A DNA stretch of 64,000 bases from Vicinamibacterales bacterium (GCA_965215155.1 CBDCCY010000001.1:455416-519415), one strand, 5' to 3'. Shown: positions 1 through 10,014, counted from the first letter of the stretch. The notes: a model not told the origin generated them from the sequence alone. Translations and numbers: made by a program.

Positions 1-548
1 CGGCCGGGGTGGCCGCGATGATGGAGGCGCTGCGCATCCTGCGGGCGGTGGGGGCTGCGCCTCGGCGCACCATCCGCATCGCGCTGTGGGGCGGGGAGGA
101 GCAGGGGCTCCTCGGCTCGCGCGCCTACGTGCGCGCCCACTACGGCGACCGCGAGACCCGGCGCCGGCTGGCGCGCCACGAAGAGCTCTCGGCCTACTAC
201 AACCTCGACAACGGCGCCGGCCGCATCCGCGGCATCTGGCTGCAGGGGAACCGCCGCATCGAGCCGATCTTCGAGGCGTGGCTCGCGGAGCTCGCCGACC
301 TCGGGGCAACGACGATCGGGCGCCGATCGACCCGGGGCACCGATCACGTCCCCTTCGACGAGATCGGCCTGCCGGCGTTCCAGTTCATGCAGGACCGCCT
401 GGAGTACAACGCCCGCACCCACCACTCGAACATGGACTTCTACGACCGCGTCCCCGCCGCCGACGTCATGCAGATGGCGGTCGTCGCAGCCGTCTTCGCC
501 TACAACACGGCGATGCTCGACGAGCGGCTGCCGCGCAAGCGGCGATAG
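1..548 (+). CDS. M28-family Zn aminopeptidase, C-terminal fragment (5' end lies outside the window)
   Basis: ORF 9..548 is open to the window edge. [18 protein letters not shown] and GTDHVPF motifs are typical of M28 peptidases. Confidence 0.8.
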   Translation, partial: AGVAAMMEALRILRAVGAAPRRTIRIALWGGEEQGLLGSRAYVRAHYGDRETRRRLARHEELSAYYNLDNGAGRIRGIWLQGNRRIEPIFEAWLAELADLGATTIGRRSTRGTDHVPFDEIGLPAFQFMQDRLEYNARTHHSNMDFYDRVPAADVMQMAVVAAVFAYNTAMLDERLPRKRR

Positions 549-668
549 GCCGGGGGATTCCGGCTCCGGGGACCGATCATCGCAGCGCCTGCCGGCGGGC
601 CGGATCGGCTTGGCGTGCCGCGGGAGAGGGACTACGATGCAGGAATCTGGAGACCAAGAGGTATGCAC

Positions 669-2831
669 ATGAAGTCCCGCGCCGGCTTTCTCCGACATGC
701 GGCGGTGGCCGCCGGCCTGCTCATTCCTGCGGGGGCGTTCGCCCAGGCCGGGAGCGAAGCGGACGGGCCGGCGCCCGCCACGCTCACCGTCTCGCCCGAG
801 GAGATCACGGTGACGGCCGGCGAGTCCGCTCGCATCCGGGCCACCGTGCTCGACGGGGACGGCAACGAGATGGAGGCCGAGGTCCTCTATCTGCCGCTCT
901 ACGGGCAGTACTGGAACCTGGAGGAACGCACCTGGGGGTTCAACATCTTCACGGTGTCGCCCGACGGTCGCGTCTCGACCGTCCGCCCGGGCGAATACGC
1001 CGTGCTGGTGCGGGTGGTAGGCAGGGCGAGCGATGCGTCGGTGGGGGACTCGGACGCGGCCGGCTACCTGCAGCAGCGGGTGCCGCTCACCATCCTTCCG
1101 CGGCCGCCGGCGTCGATCGTGCTGAACGCGCCGGGGCCCTTCTATACAGGCACGGAGGTGACGCTCGAGGCCACCCCGCTCGATGACGACGGAGCGTTCG
1201 CGGACGACGTCGAGGTCGAGTGGCGCACGTCGGACGCCTCGATCGCGATGCCGATCGGGCAACCGCCGGCCAACCAGCGAACCACCCGCCGGGGCGTGCT
1301 GGCCCTCGGCGCGCCGGGCCGGGTCGCGATCACGGCGGAGGCCGGCGCGGTGACGTCCGAGATGACGCTCCGCGTGGAGCCGAACCCGGCCGCCCGCATC
1401 ACGCTGACGCCCGACCGGAGCGGCGTCCGGACCGGGGACGTGACGCGCCTGACCGCCACGGTGAGCGACGCCGAAGGGCGGTCGCTCGACGACGTGCCGG
1501 TCGCCTTCAGCGTGTCGGCGATCACCGACGCGATGGCCAGCGGCGGCCCGTCGTCGGGCCTGATCACGCAGGACGGGCGCTTCGTCGCCGATCTGCCGGG
1601 TGCCTACACCATCGTGGCCCGCACGGGCGCGGTGACGGCCTCCACCCTGATCCGGGTGGTCGAGCGCGGGGCGCGGCGGCCCATCGAGCTGGTCGGTCAC
1701 GGCCGCGTGCAGGACCGCGCCACCACCGATCTCTGGGTGTGGGAAGCACCCAACGGGCGCGACTACGCGATGACCGGGACGCACAGCGCCGGCGGCCACG
1801 CCTACGTCTGGGACGTGACCGACCCGGCGAACCTCGAGGTCGTCGACGTCGTGCGGGCGGACGCGCGCTCGGTGAACGACGTCAAGGTCTCCGAGGACGG
1901 GGCGACGGCGGTCATCTCCCGCGAGGGCGCCTCCAACCGCCGGAACGGGCTGGTCATCCTCGACGTGTCCGATCCGGCGATCGGCGTGCGGAAGCTCGCC
2001 GAGTACGACGACCGGCTCACGGGCGGCGTCCACAACACCTTCATTCACGACGGTCACGTGTATGCGCTCTCCGCCGCCCGGCGCTACGACATCATCAGCA
2101 TCGAGGAGCCGGCCGCCCCGCGGCGGGTCGGGAGCTTCGCGCTCGACAACCCGGCGCGCTCGATCCACGACGTCGTGGTGCGGGACGGTATCGCCTATTC
2201 CGCAAACTGGACGGACGGGGTGGCGGTGGTCGACGTCGGCGGGGCCGGCAAGGGCGGGAGCCCGCAGGAACCGAGGCTCATCGGGCAGTTCCCGTTCCCG
2301 ACCGGCTGGAACCACTCCGTCTACCCCTACCGGAGCGTGTCGACCGGCAAGTTCTACATCTTCGCCGGCGACGAAGCGGCGCGGAGCGGTCCCAACTACA
2401 GTCCGGAGGCGGCCATCGGGACCGGAACGCCCGGCTACGAGAACGAGCCGCATCGCTGGCGCGGCTGGGTCCACATCCTGGAGTGGGACGAGAACTTCGA
2501 GTCGCTGCCGCGGCTGGTCGCCCGCTACGAGGTTCCGGAGGCGGGCAGCCACAACATCTGGGTCGAGGACGACGTGATGTACGTGGCTTTCTACAACGGC
2601 GGTCTGCGGGTGGTGGACGTCTCGGGCGAGCTGCTCGGCAACCTCTACCGCCAGGGCCGGGAGATCGCGCGCTTCCTGCCGCTCGATCCGGAGGGTTTCG
2701 TGCCCAACGCGGCGCAGGTCTTCGGCGCGCAGCCGCACAAGGGGACGATCTTCTTCTCGGACATGAACTCCGGCCTGTGGGCCGTGCGCCTGGGAGAGCC
2801 TCCGGACGAGGAGACCACGGACCAGCCGTAG
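669..2831 (+). CDS. Exported protein with N-terminal bacterial Ig-like (Big_2-type) repeats and a C-terminal LVIVD-repeat beta-propeller
   Basis: ORF 615..2831. The ATG at 669 lies 7-8 nt after AAGAGG. Signal/Tat-like N-terminus is MKSRAGFLRHAAVAAGLLIPAGAFAQ. Repeated hydrophobic-VxDVSDP units (YVWDVTDPANLEVV, LVILDVSDPA, VAVVDVGG, LRVVDVSGE) match LVIVD repeats. Confidence 0.75.
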   Translation: MKSRAGFLRHAAVAAGLLIPAGAFAQAGSEADGPAPATLTVSPEEITVTAGESARIRATVLDGDGNEMEAEVLYLPLYGQYWNLEERTWGFNIFTVSPDGRVSTVRPGEYAVLVRVVGRASDASVGDSDAAGYLQQRVPLTILPRPPASIVLNAPGPFYTGTEVTLEATPLDDDGAFADDVEVEWRTSDASIAMPIGQPPANQRTTRRGVLALGAPGRVAITAEAGAVTSEMTLRVEPNPAARITLTPDRSGVRTGDVTRLTATVSDAEGRSLDDVPVAFSVSAITDAMASGGPSSGLITQDGRFVADLPGAYTIVARTGAVTASTLIRVVERGARRPIELVGHGRVQDRATTDLWVWEAPNGRDYAMTGTHSAGGHAYVWDVTDPANLEVVDVVRADARSVNDVKVSEDGATAVISREGASNRRNGLVILDVSDPAIGVRKLAEYDDRLTGGVHNTFIHDGHVYALSAARRYDIISIEEPAAPRRVGSFALDNPARSIHDVVVRDGIAYSANWTDGVAVVDVGGAGKGGSPQEPRLIGQFPFPTGWNHSVYPYRSVSTGKFYIFAGDEAARSGPNYSPEAAIGTGTPGYENEPHRWRGWVHILEWDENFESLPRLVARYEVPEAGSHNIWVEDDVMYVAFYNGGLRVVDVSGELLGNLYRQGREIARFLPLDPEGFVPNAAQVFGAQPHKGTIFFSDMNSGLWAVRLGEPPDEETTDQP

Positions 2832-2978
2832 GAGCTTGCGCCGCGGAACGCCAACGGAGTGGCGCAGCCTGCTGGCGGCGTGTGGCCGCGGGCGGGCGGG
2901 CCGGAGCGGAGGTCCCACCGATTCTGAAGGCTCATCCTGTGGAGCTGGCGGCCCCGAGGCGCTTTCCTTCCTGAGCTC

Positions 2979-4211
2979 ATGCGCCGCCCCTTCTTCTACG
3001 GCTGGATCGTGCTGGGGGCCGGCGCCGCCTGCTACGGATTCGGCATCTCGCCCGCGTACTACGGCTGGGGCGTCCTCGCTCCGGCCGTTGCCGGCGACCT
3101 GGGGCTGGACCGCGGCGCGGTTGGCGGGGTCTTCGGGCTCTTCAACGTCCTGAACCAGTGCGTCGGCTTCCTCGTCGGCATCGCCATCGCCCGGTTCGGG
3201 CTGCGGCCGGTCATGGCCGCGGGCTTCGTGCTGACTGCGCTCGGGATGCTCTACCTCGCCGGCGCGCAGTCCGTCCTCGACTGCTACGTCGGGTTCTCCC
3301 TGCTCGCCGGGCTCGGTGTCGGAGGCTCGACCCTGGTTCCGTGTCAGACGCTGGCCCAGAACTGGTTCCTGCGGCGGCGCGCGCTGGCGATTGGATTGAC
3401 GTTCACGGCGGGTGCCATCGTCGGCGCCGGTGTGCCGCCGGTGGCGGTTGCCATCGGCGACTGGCGGGAGGTGTGGCGCGTCGCGGCGGGTGTCGCGACG
3501 GTGATGGCCCTGGTTGCCCTCCTCTTCGTGCGGGACACCCCGGAGCAGGTCGGGCAGGTTCGGGACGGGGCTGCGCCGGCGTGGCCGTCCACGGCAGCGG
3601 CGCTGCGCGCCGGCGCCGGCGACTGGGGCGCGGCCCACGCGGTACGGACGCCGCAGTTCGCGCTGCTGCTCGGATGCGGCCTCGCCTACGCGACGCCGTG
3701 GAGCGCCCTGGTGACGCATCTCCCGCTTCACCTCGGTGACGCCGGCTACGCCGCGGCGGCGGTCGCGGGGCTCGCCTCCGCGATGGTCCTGTGCAGCAGC
3801 GGCGGCCGACTGCTGGGCGCCGCCGGCGACTGGCTTCCGCCGCAGTACGTCCTGGCGGGGGCGCTCGCGGTCGAAGGCCTGGGGGCGGGGCTGGTGCTGG
3901 CCGCGGAGCAGCCCGCCGTCGCCGGGGCAGCGGTGACGCTGGTCGGGCTCGGCTTCGGCGTCGCGTACACGAGCGTCCCGGTCGTCTTCTCGCACTTCTT
4001 CGGCCGGCGGTCCTTCTCCGTCACGGCCGGGCTGCGGCTCACCGTGACCGGCGCCCTCGCCAGCCTCGCGCCGTGGCTGAGCGGCGAGGCGTTCGACGCC
4101 ACCGGCTCCTACACGGCGCCGTTCCTCGGGCTGACGGCGGTCGGTCTGGCCGGTGCGGCGTGCGCGGCGGCGCTCCGCCATCCCGGCGCTCCGCCCGTGC
4201 CGGCGGCTTGA
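2979..4211 (+). CDS. MFS transporter
   Basis: 410-aa ORF, highly hydrophobic, about 12 predicted TM segments. Gly/Ala/Leu-rich helices are typical of MFS. Confidence 0.75.
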   Translation: MRRPFFYGWIVLGAGAACYGFGISPAYYGWGVLAPAVAGDLGLDRGAVGGVFGLFNVLNQCVGFLVGIAIARFGLRPVMAAGFVLTALGMLYLAGAQSVLDCYVGFSLLAGLGVGGSTLVPCQTLAQNWFLRRRALAIGLTFTAGAIVGAGVPPVAVAIGDWREVWRVAAGVATVMALVALLFVRDTPEQVGQVRDGAAPAWPSTAAALRAGAGDWGAAHAVRTPQFALLLGCGLAYATPWSALVTHLPLHLGDAGYAAAAVAGLASAMVLCSSGGRLLGAAGDWLPPQYVLAGALAVEGLGAGLVLAAEQPAVAGAAVTLVGLGFGVAYTSVPVVFSHFFGRRSFSVTAGLRLTVTGALASLAPWLSGEAFDATGSYTAPFLGLTAVGLAGAACAAALRHPGAPPVPAA

Positions 4212-4336
4212 AATCCGACCGTGCCGCGCAGTACGGTGCGCGTGGGCGTTCGCCCCGCACCGTGGCGACCGCGCGCCGCGCAGCGGCGAGCGGATCGGCG
4301 ACGAGCGGATCGGCGCGGCCCACCAAGGAGGTCCTC

Positions 4337-4936
4337 ATGACTCGGGATGGCGTACTGCTGGTCACGCTGGTGGCTTTCACGCTCGCAGGGTGCGGTGGCG
4401 GCGGCGCGGGCGACGAGGCCCCGGCCGCGGGGGCGGCCGAGACGCAGGCGGCCGGCGACGGCGAGATCATGCCGCTCGACGACGTCAAGGCGTCGCAGAG
4501 CGGGTCGGTGTGGCAGGAGATCGCCAACACGTCGGTCACCGTGACCTACGACCGCCCGGTGGCGCGCGGCCGTGAGCTGTTCGGGGGCATCGTGCCGTTC
4601 GGGGAGATCTGGAACCCGGGCGCCAACGACGCCACCGCCATCGCGCTCAGCCGGGACGTGACCATCAACGGCAACGAGCTGCCGGCCGGCAAGTACAGCC
4701 TGTGGGCGATCCCGGACCCGAACCGCTGGACGATGATCCTCAGTCGCGAGGCCGACGTCTACCACACTCCCTATCCCGGCGAGGAGCACGACGCCCTGCG
4801 CTTCATGGTGTCGCCGCGCCTCGGCGAGCACATGGAGACGCTGGCGTTCTACTTCGCGGAGGTCGAGAAGAAGGATGCCGAGCTCCGCCTCCACTGGGGC
4901 GACACCTACATCCCGATGAGCATCACCGTGCCCTGA
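4337..4936 (+). CDS. DUF2911-family lipoprotein
   Basis: Internal ATG at 4337 preceded by AAGGAGG. Lipobox LAGC. Motif block FGGIVPFGEIWNPGANDATAI...NGNELPAGKYSLWAIP...WTMILS is characteristic of DUF2911. Confidence 0.75.
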   Translation: MTRDGVLLVTLVAFTLAGCGGGGAGDEAPAAGAAETQAAGDGEIMPLDDVKASQSGSVWQEIANTSVTVTYDRPVARGRELFGGIVPFGEIWNPGANDATAIALSRDVTINGNELPAGKYSLWAIPDPNRWTMILSREADVYHTPYPGEEHDALRFMVSPRLGEHMETLAFYFAEVEKKDAELRLHWGDTYIPMSITVP

Positions 4937-4952
4937 GCGGACGGGCGCGACG

Positions 4953-6584
4953 ATGGCCACGGAGATCGGTCGCCGCGACTTCCTGCGCTACGGCGCGCTG
5001 GCCGCGGTCGGGCCCGGCGCGGTCGCACAGCCGGTGCGCCCGCCGACGGCGGCCGCCGTCGAGGAGGTCTCCGTCGACTCCCTGCGGCAGGCGGTGCGGG
5101 ACGGCCGCGTGACCGCGCGCGCGCTCACCGATGCCTGCCTGGCCCGCATCGCCGCCCTCGACCGGCAGGGTCCGACCCTGCGCTCGGTGATCGAGGTGAA
5201 CCCGGAGGCGCGCGCCCTGGCCGACGCGCTGGACCGCGCGCGCGCGAACGCCCTCGACGACGCGCGTGACGCCCCGAGCTCCGGCGGATCGCTGCACGGG
5301 ATCCCCATCCTTCTCAAGGACAACATCGGCACCGCGGATCGGATGACGACCACGGCGGGGTCGCTCGCGCTCCGGGGGTCGATTCCCGCCGAGGACGCCT
5401 TCGTGGCCCGGCGCCTGCGCGAGGCGGGCGCCGTGCTCATCGGCAAGGCGAACCTGAGCGAATGGGCCAACTTCCGCTCGACCCGCTCGTCGAGCGGCTG
5501 GAGCGCGCGCGGCGGCCAGTGCCGCAATCCCTACGCCCTCGACCGGAACCCCTGCGGATCGAGCTCGGGGTCGGCGGTCGCGGTGGCTGCCAGCCTCGTT
5601 CCGGCGGCGATTGGCACGGAGACCGACGGGTCGATCGTCTGCCCGGGGTCGGCCAACGGCATCGTCGGCATCAAGCCGACGGTCGGCCTCGTCAGCCGCG
5701 CCGGCATCATCCCGATCGCGCACAGCCAGGACACCGCGGGACCGATGGCGCGCACCGTGCGCGACGCCGCGATCGTGCTGGGGGTGCTGGCCGGTCCCGA
5801 CCCGCGGGATCCTGCCACCGCGGACGCCGAGACGCACGGGTTGCGCGACTACACGCCGTATCTCGACGCCGACGGACTGTCGGGGGCGCGCATCGGCATC
5901 GCGCGCGGCTTCGCCGGATTCCACGAGCAGGTCGACCTCCTGCTGGCGCGCGCGATCGACGCCATGCGAGCGCGCGGCGCCGAGATCGTCGATCCCGTTG
6001 CGCTGGCGCAGACCCGCGGCGCCCTGGCGAGGGCCGAGACCGAGGTGCTGTTGTACGAGTTCAAGGCCGACCTGAACGCCTACCTGGCCGCCCTAGGCGC
6101 CGACGCGCCTGTCGGCTCGCTGGCCGAGATCATCGAGTTCAACCGCCGGCACGCGCGGGAGGAGATGCCGTACTTTCGGCAGGAGCGGCTCGAGGCGGCG
6201 CAGGCGCGGGGGCCGCTCTCGGAGCCGGCCTACCTCGAGGCGCGGCGGGCGGCGCGGCGGTTGTCCCGCGAGGACGGAATCGACCGCGTGATGGATGCGC
6301 ACCGCTTGGACGCCATCGTCGCCCCGACCGGCGGTCCGGCCTGGGTCACCGATCTGGTCAACGGCGACCACTTCGGAGGTTCGAGCTCGGCGTACGCGGC
6401 CGCCGCCGGCTACCCGAACATCACCGTCCCCGCGGGCCACGTATTCGGCCTGCCGGTCGGCGTCTCGTTCTTCGGCCGGGCGTGGAGCGAACCGACGCTG
6501 ATCCGCATCGCCTACGCATTCGAGCAGGCGACGCGCCACCGGCGCCCCCCGCGTTACCTGGCGACCGCCGACCTGGGCGCGTGA
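4953..6584 (+). CDS. Amidase-signature family amidase with Tat signal
   Basis: N-terminal [20 protein letters not shown]. Amidase signature region [28 protein letters not shown]. Confidence 0.9.
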   Translation: MATEIGRRDFLRYGALAAVGPGAVAQPVRPPTAAAVEEVSVDSLRQAVRDGRVTARALTDACLARIAALDRQGPTLRSVIEVNPEARALADALDRARANALDDARDAPSSGGSLHGIPILLKDNIGTADRMTTTAGSLALRGSIPAEDAFVARRLREAGAVLIGKANLSEWANFRSTRSSSGWSARGGQCRNPYALDRNPCGSSSGSAVAVAASLVPAAIGTETDGSIVCPGSANGIVGIKPTVGLVSRAGIIPIAHSQDTAGPMARTVRDAAIVLGVLAGPDPRDPATADAETHGLRDYTPYLDADGLSGARIGIARGFAGFHEQVDLLLARAIDAMRARGAEIVDPVALAQTRGALARAETEVLLYEFKADLNAYLAALGADAPVGSLAEIIEFNRRHAREEMPYFRQERLEAAQARGPLSEPAYLEARRAARRLSREDGIDRVMDAHRLDAIVAPTGGPAWVTDLVNGDHFGGSSSAYAAAAGYPNITVPAGHVFGLPVGVSFFGRAWSEPTLIRIAYAFEQATRHRRPPRYLATADLGA

Positions 6585-6764
6585 CGCGCGAAACGGTCAC
6601 CGATGCCGACCGCGGCACATCGCTCGGGAGCGCTCGCCGGCGGGACGGGGAGGGTGGGCACGCCGGGGTTGCCGCCGGGGCGCGCGGTTCCTTCCGGGAG
6701 GCGCGGGTCCGCTCGACGATCGGGTATTCTCAGGGCTTCGTATCCCCTGTCGCCAGGAGTAGCC

Positions 6765-7778
6765 GTGACCCTCCGCCAGAGTCTGCTTCTCGCATGCGCC
6801 GCGGTGCTGGCGTGGCCGCCGGCCGCCGCGGCCCAGGACCACCCGGGCGCAGCCGCCTACCGGCAGGTTTGCCTGCTCTGCCACGGGACGGCGGGCAGGG
6901 GCGACATCGCGCCTCCGCTCGTGCCCCTCGGGTTCGACGCCGACTACGTCCTGGCGGTGGTGCGCGAGGGCTTCGGCCAGATGCCGCCCATCTCGACGCG
7001 TGAGCTGAGCGACGACGACGTCCGCCAGGCCGTCGGCTATCTCGCGTCTCTGGGGGCAGCGCCGTCCGCGCAGACCGCGGCGTCCGCCTACGACGGCCCG
7101 CGCACGCCGGAGGGACAGCCCGACCTGAACGGCATCTGGCAGGTGGTCAACGCCGCGGCCTGGGACATCCGGCCGCACAACGCGCAGGACGGCGTGCCGG
7201 CCGGGCTCGGCGTGGTCGAGGGCGGCGAGATTCCCTACCAGCCGTGGGCGGCCGAGCGGCAGGAAGCCAACTACGCCAACCGCTTGGAGGACGATCCGGT
7301 GCGGCAGTGCTTCCTTCCCGGGGTGCCGCGCATCACCTACATGCCGTTCCCGTTCCGCATCCTCCAGACGCCGGACCACGTGGTGATCACGTACGAGTTT
7401 GCGCACGCGACGCGCATCATCTATACGGACGGCAGCCCGCATCCGCTCCCCAACGACTTCTGGATGGGCGACTCGCGCGGCCACTGGGAGGGCGACATCC
7501 TGGTCGTCGACACCACCCACTTCAACGGGCGCACCTGGTTCGATGCCGCGGGCAACTTCCACAGCGACGCGCTGCACGTCGTGGAACGCTACACGCCGGT
7601 CACTCCGTATCATCTCGACTACCACGTGACGATAGAGGATCCGAACGTGTTCACGAGGCCGTGGACGATGCGGATGCCGATCTACCGCCGGGTGGAGGAC
7701 GGGCTCCGACTACTCGACTACGACTGCGTCGACTTCATTCTGCAAACGCTGACCGCCCCGGAAGGAGAGGCACGATGA
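6765..7778 (+). CDS. Secreted fusion of a mono-haem cytochrome c domain to a conserved domain of unknown function (paralog 1 of 3)
   Basis: GTG at 6765 after AGGAGT. Signal peptide present. CLLCH haem motif plus downstream Met (GQMPP). C-terminal domain shares the GDSRGxWEGDxLVV and IEDPNVFTxPWT blocks with 7775..8752 and 44743..45783. Confidence 0.7.
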   Translation: MTLRQSLLLACAAVLAWPPAAAAQDHPGAAAYRQVCLLCHGTAGRGDIAPPLVPLGFDADYVLAVVREGFGQMPPISTRELSDDDVRQAVGYLASLGAAPSAQTAASAYDGPRTPEGQPDLNGIWQVVNAAAWDIRPHNAQDGVPAGLGVVEGGEIPYQPWAAERQEANYANRLEDDPVRQCFLPGVPRITYMPFPFRILQTPDHVVITYEFAHATRIIYTDGSPHPLPNDFWMGDSRGHWEGDILVVDTTHFNGRTWFDAAGNFHSDALHVVERYTPVTPYHLDYHVTIEDPNVFTRPWTMRMPIYRRVEDGLRLLDYDCVDFILQTLTAPEGEAR

Positions 7779-8752
7779 CCCATCGTGGTGTCGGTCCCGT
7801 CCTCGTTGCTGCCATCGCGCTGCTCGGTGCGGCGGCGGCATTGCCGCCGGCCGCCCAGGCCCAGGAGGAAGCGAAGGGAGCCTTCGAGCCTCCGCGCACG
7901 CCGTGGGGCGACCCCGACTTTCGCGGATACTTCCTGCCCGGCCCCTACCAGCCGCTGGAGGCGCCGGCCGGCGATCCCTGGGTCCCGCCCGAAGGATCCA
8001 ACCGCGGGCAGGGCGCGGCCTTCTCCCGCTTCTTCGAGCCCGACCCCGACGACACAGGCCCCGACTTTCTTTCTTCGCCGATGATCGTCGACCCGCCGGA
8101 CGGCAAGGTGCCGCTGCAACCCTGGGCGGCGGAGCGGCGCGGCGAGGTCATGGCGCGGCAGGACGAGCTCGCTCTGCTCGACCCGCGCGTCAAGTGCCTG
8201 CCGTCCGCGCTGCCGCGCGCGCACCTGCCGGTCGGCTACAACACCTACCAGGTGCTCCAGGTCCCCGGCTACGTCGTCATGCTGTATGAATGGAACCACC
8301 TGTCGCGCTACATCTCGCTGAGTAACGATGAGCGGCCGCCGCTCCCGCCCGAGATCCGCCTCGGCATGGGCGATTCGCGGGGCCGCTGGGAAGGAGACAC
8401 GCTCGTCGTCGAGACGAGCCACTTCACGGCCAACACCTGGCCGGTCGGCCACGGCGCACCGCCGGAGGGCGCCCCGGCCAGCGCCCTGACGACGGGGCAC
8501 GGGGTGTTCCACAGCGGAGACCTTCGCGTCACGGAACGCTTCACGATGACCGATGCCGACACGATTCGCTACCGGGCGACGATCGAGGATCCGAACGTGT
8601 TCACGCAGCCGTGGACGATCGAGATCGACGCGCTCCGGCGCGCGCCCGAGGGGCACATGCTGTTCGAGTATGCCTGCCACGAGGGCAACGGCCGCAACCT
8701 CGAGCTGATGACGGGGTCCGACGTGAGCACGGCCCGGGTAGGTGTGCGCTAG
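7775..8752 (+). CDS. Secreted protein of unknown function (paralog 2 of 3)
   Basis: ATG at 7775 overlaps the upstream TGA (ATGA) and follows GAAGGAGAGG. Signal peptide ends AAQAQ. Shares PRTPWGDPDFRGYF, GDSRGRWEGDTLVVE and IEDPNVFTQPWT with its paralogs. Confidence 0.7.
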   Translation: MTHRGVGPVLVAAIALLGAAAALPPAAQAQEEAKGAFEPPRTPWGDPDFRGYFLPGPYQPLEAPAGDPWVPPEGSNRGQGAAFSRFFEPDPDDTGPDFLSSPMIVDPPDGKVPLQPWAAERRGEVMARQDELALLDPRVKCLPSALPRAHLPVGYNTYQVLQVPGYVVMLYEWNHLSRYISLSNDERPPLPPEIRLGMGDSRGRWEGDTLVVETSHFTANTWPVGHGAPPEGAPASALTTGHGVFHSGDLRVTERFTMTDADTIRYRATIEDPNVFTQPWTIEIDALRRAPEGHMLFEYACHEGNGRNLELMTGSDVSTARVGVR

Positions 8753-8914
8753 GAGTCTGCGCCGTAGAACGGCGACGACTCCGGGAGGGTTGGTTGGGCA
8801 CCGGGCGGAGCCGTCAGGCGACGCACGGTGGGCTAGCGCGCCCTCGCGGGCGCGTTGGGAGTCTGCGCTGGCACGAACCGCTCCATGGCACGTTTCTGCG
8901 GCGCAGACTCCTAA
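8749..8914. repeat. Composite CTAG-bounded palindromic MITE/REP-like element: unit B 8749-8836 plus unit A 8833-8914
   Basis: Near-identical in reverse complement to 26025-26191. Unit A is near-identical to 42023-42102. Inverted repeats GGAGTCTGCGC / GCGCAGACTCC and hairpin GCGCGCCC-TCGC-GGGCGCG. CTAG at 8749 and 8833, CTAA at the far end. Confidence 0.85.
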
Positions 8915-8991
8915 CTGACGGCGACGACTCCGGCGGGCTTGCTGCCAGCGCGTGCGCAGGGGCTGGGTGAGAGACGAGTCGAGGGATTCCG

Positions 8992-9432
8992 ATGGGACGA
9001 ATGACTACACGCTCCGCGTTGTGGAGACTCGCGCCGGGACTCGCCGCCGCTTCGCTCGGCCTGCTGGCGGCTGCGGTTCCCGCCGGGGCGCACCACGCCT
9101 TCTCGGCCGAGTTCGACGCCGACCGGCCGTTGCGGCTGGAGGGGACGGTCTCGAAGACCGAGTGGATCAATCCGCACTCGTGGATCCACATCGACGTCGT
9201 CGGCGAGAACGGTCGGGTGGAGACCTGGGCCATAGAGTGTGGTGCGCCGAACGCGCTGATGCGCCGCGGCCTCAACAAGAACTCCGTCCCGGTCGGCACC
9301 GAGCTGGTCATCGAGGGCTTCGGGGCGAAGAACGGATCGAACACCGCCAACGCCCGAGACATAACCTTCCCCGACGGATCGACCTTCTTCGTCGGCTCGT
9401 CCGGTACCGGGGCGCCCTACGAGCGAAGGTAG
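8992..9432 (+). CDS. DUF6152-like small secreted protein
   Basis: 146-aa ORF. Signal peptide ends AGAHHAFSAEFD (mature N-terminal HH..F motif). WINPHSWIHIDV block. Confidence 0.6.
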   Translation: MGRMTTRSALWRLAPGLAAASLGLLAAAVPAGAHHAFSAEFDADRPLRLEGTVSKTEWINPHSWIHIDVVGENGRVETWAIECGAPNALMRRGLNKNSVPVGTELVIEGFGAKNGSNTANARDITFPDGSTFFVGSSGTGAPYERR

Positions 9433-9452
9433 CGCTCCCTGACGGGCGCGCG
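9430..9452. repeat. Solo hairpin module of the CTAG-element family
   Basis: TAGCGCTCCCTGACGGGCGCGCGG matches the first 24 nt of unit A (CTAGCGCGCCCTGACGGGCGCGTT) at most positions. Its TAG is the stop codon of 8992..9432. Confidence 0.5.
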
Positions 9453-9459
9453 GCCGGCG

Positions 9460-10014
9460 TCAGGCCAGGGTGAACGTGACCAGCATGTTGCTGGCGACCG
9501 GCGCTTCGAGCTCCGGTGCATAGCTGGCCAACCGGTTGCCCACGCCGCCTACCGGGACCGTGACGTACTGCCGCCCGTCGACGGCATACGTCACCGGGTA
9601 GCCGGTGATCCCGCTGCCCGGAATCGTCTCCCACAGCACCTCGCCGGTTTCGGCGTCGAACGCCCGCAGACGGCGGTTGAGGTCCCCGAAGAAGACGAAG
9701 CTGCCCGCGGTGGCCAGTGTCGAGCGGGCGTTCGGGGCGCGCTGGCTGTCGCGCCAGACTTCCCGGCCGGTCGACATGTCGATGGCGCGCACCTCGGTCA
9801 GATCCCCATCCTCCTCCAGGCCGGGCTCCGGGATGGTGAACCGCGGGCTGGCGCCGGAAACCATGCGGTCGTTCGCCGCCTGGTCGAGGCAGGAGCGGTT
9901 GAAGGGGATGCAGAGCATCCCGGTCATGGGGCCGTACGACCAGGACCACCAGCCCTTGACGTTGTGGCCGCAGATGACGAAGCGCTGGCCGACCTCGCGC
10001 GCCACGAGGTGCAT
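9460..10014 (-). pseudogene. Remnant (C-terminal about 180 aa) of a PQQ-dependent alcohol/methanol-type dehydrogenase
   Basis: The 184-aa ORF covers only the last propeller blades (ICGHNVKGWWSWSYGPMTGMLCIPFNRSCLD, LRAFDAETGEVLWE, YAVDGRQYVTV). Full-length relatives are about 570-600 aa. The upstream sequence 10015-10238 is in another frame. Confidence 0.7.

Noticed and set aside
8749-8935. Possible CRISPR array, because of the repeated GGAGTCTGCGC-containing sequences.
   Set aside because: The repeats are inverted rather than direct. They are not regularly spaced with unique spacers, and they occur as single or double units scattered over 35 kb. No cas genes are present. They are better explained as MITE/REP-like elements.
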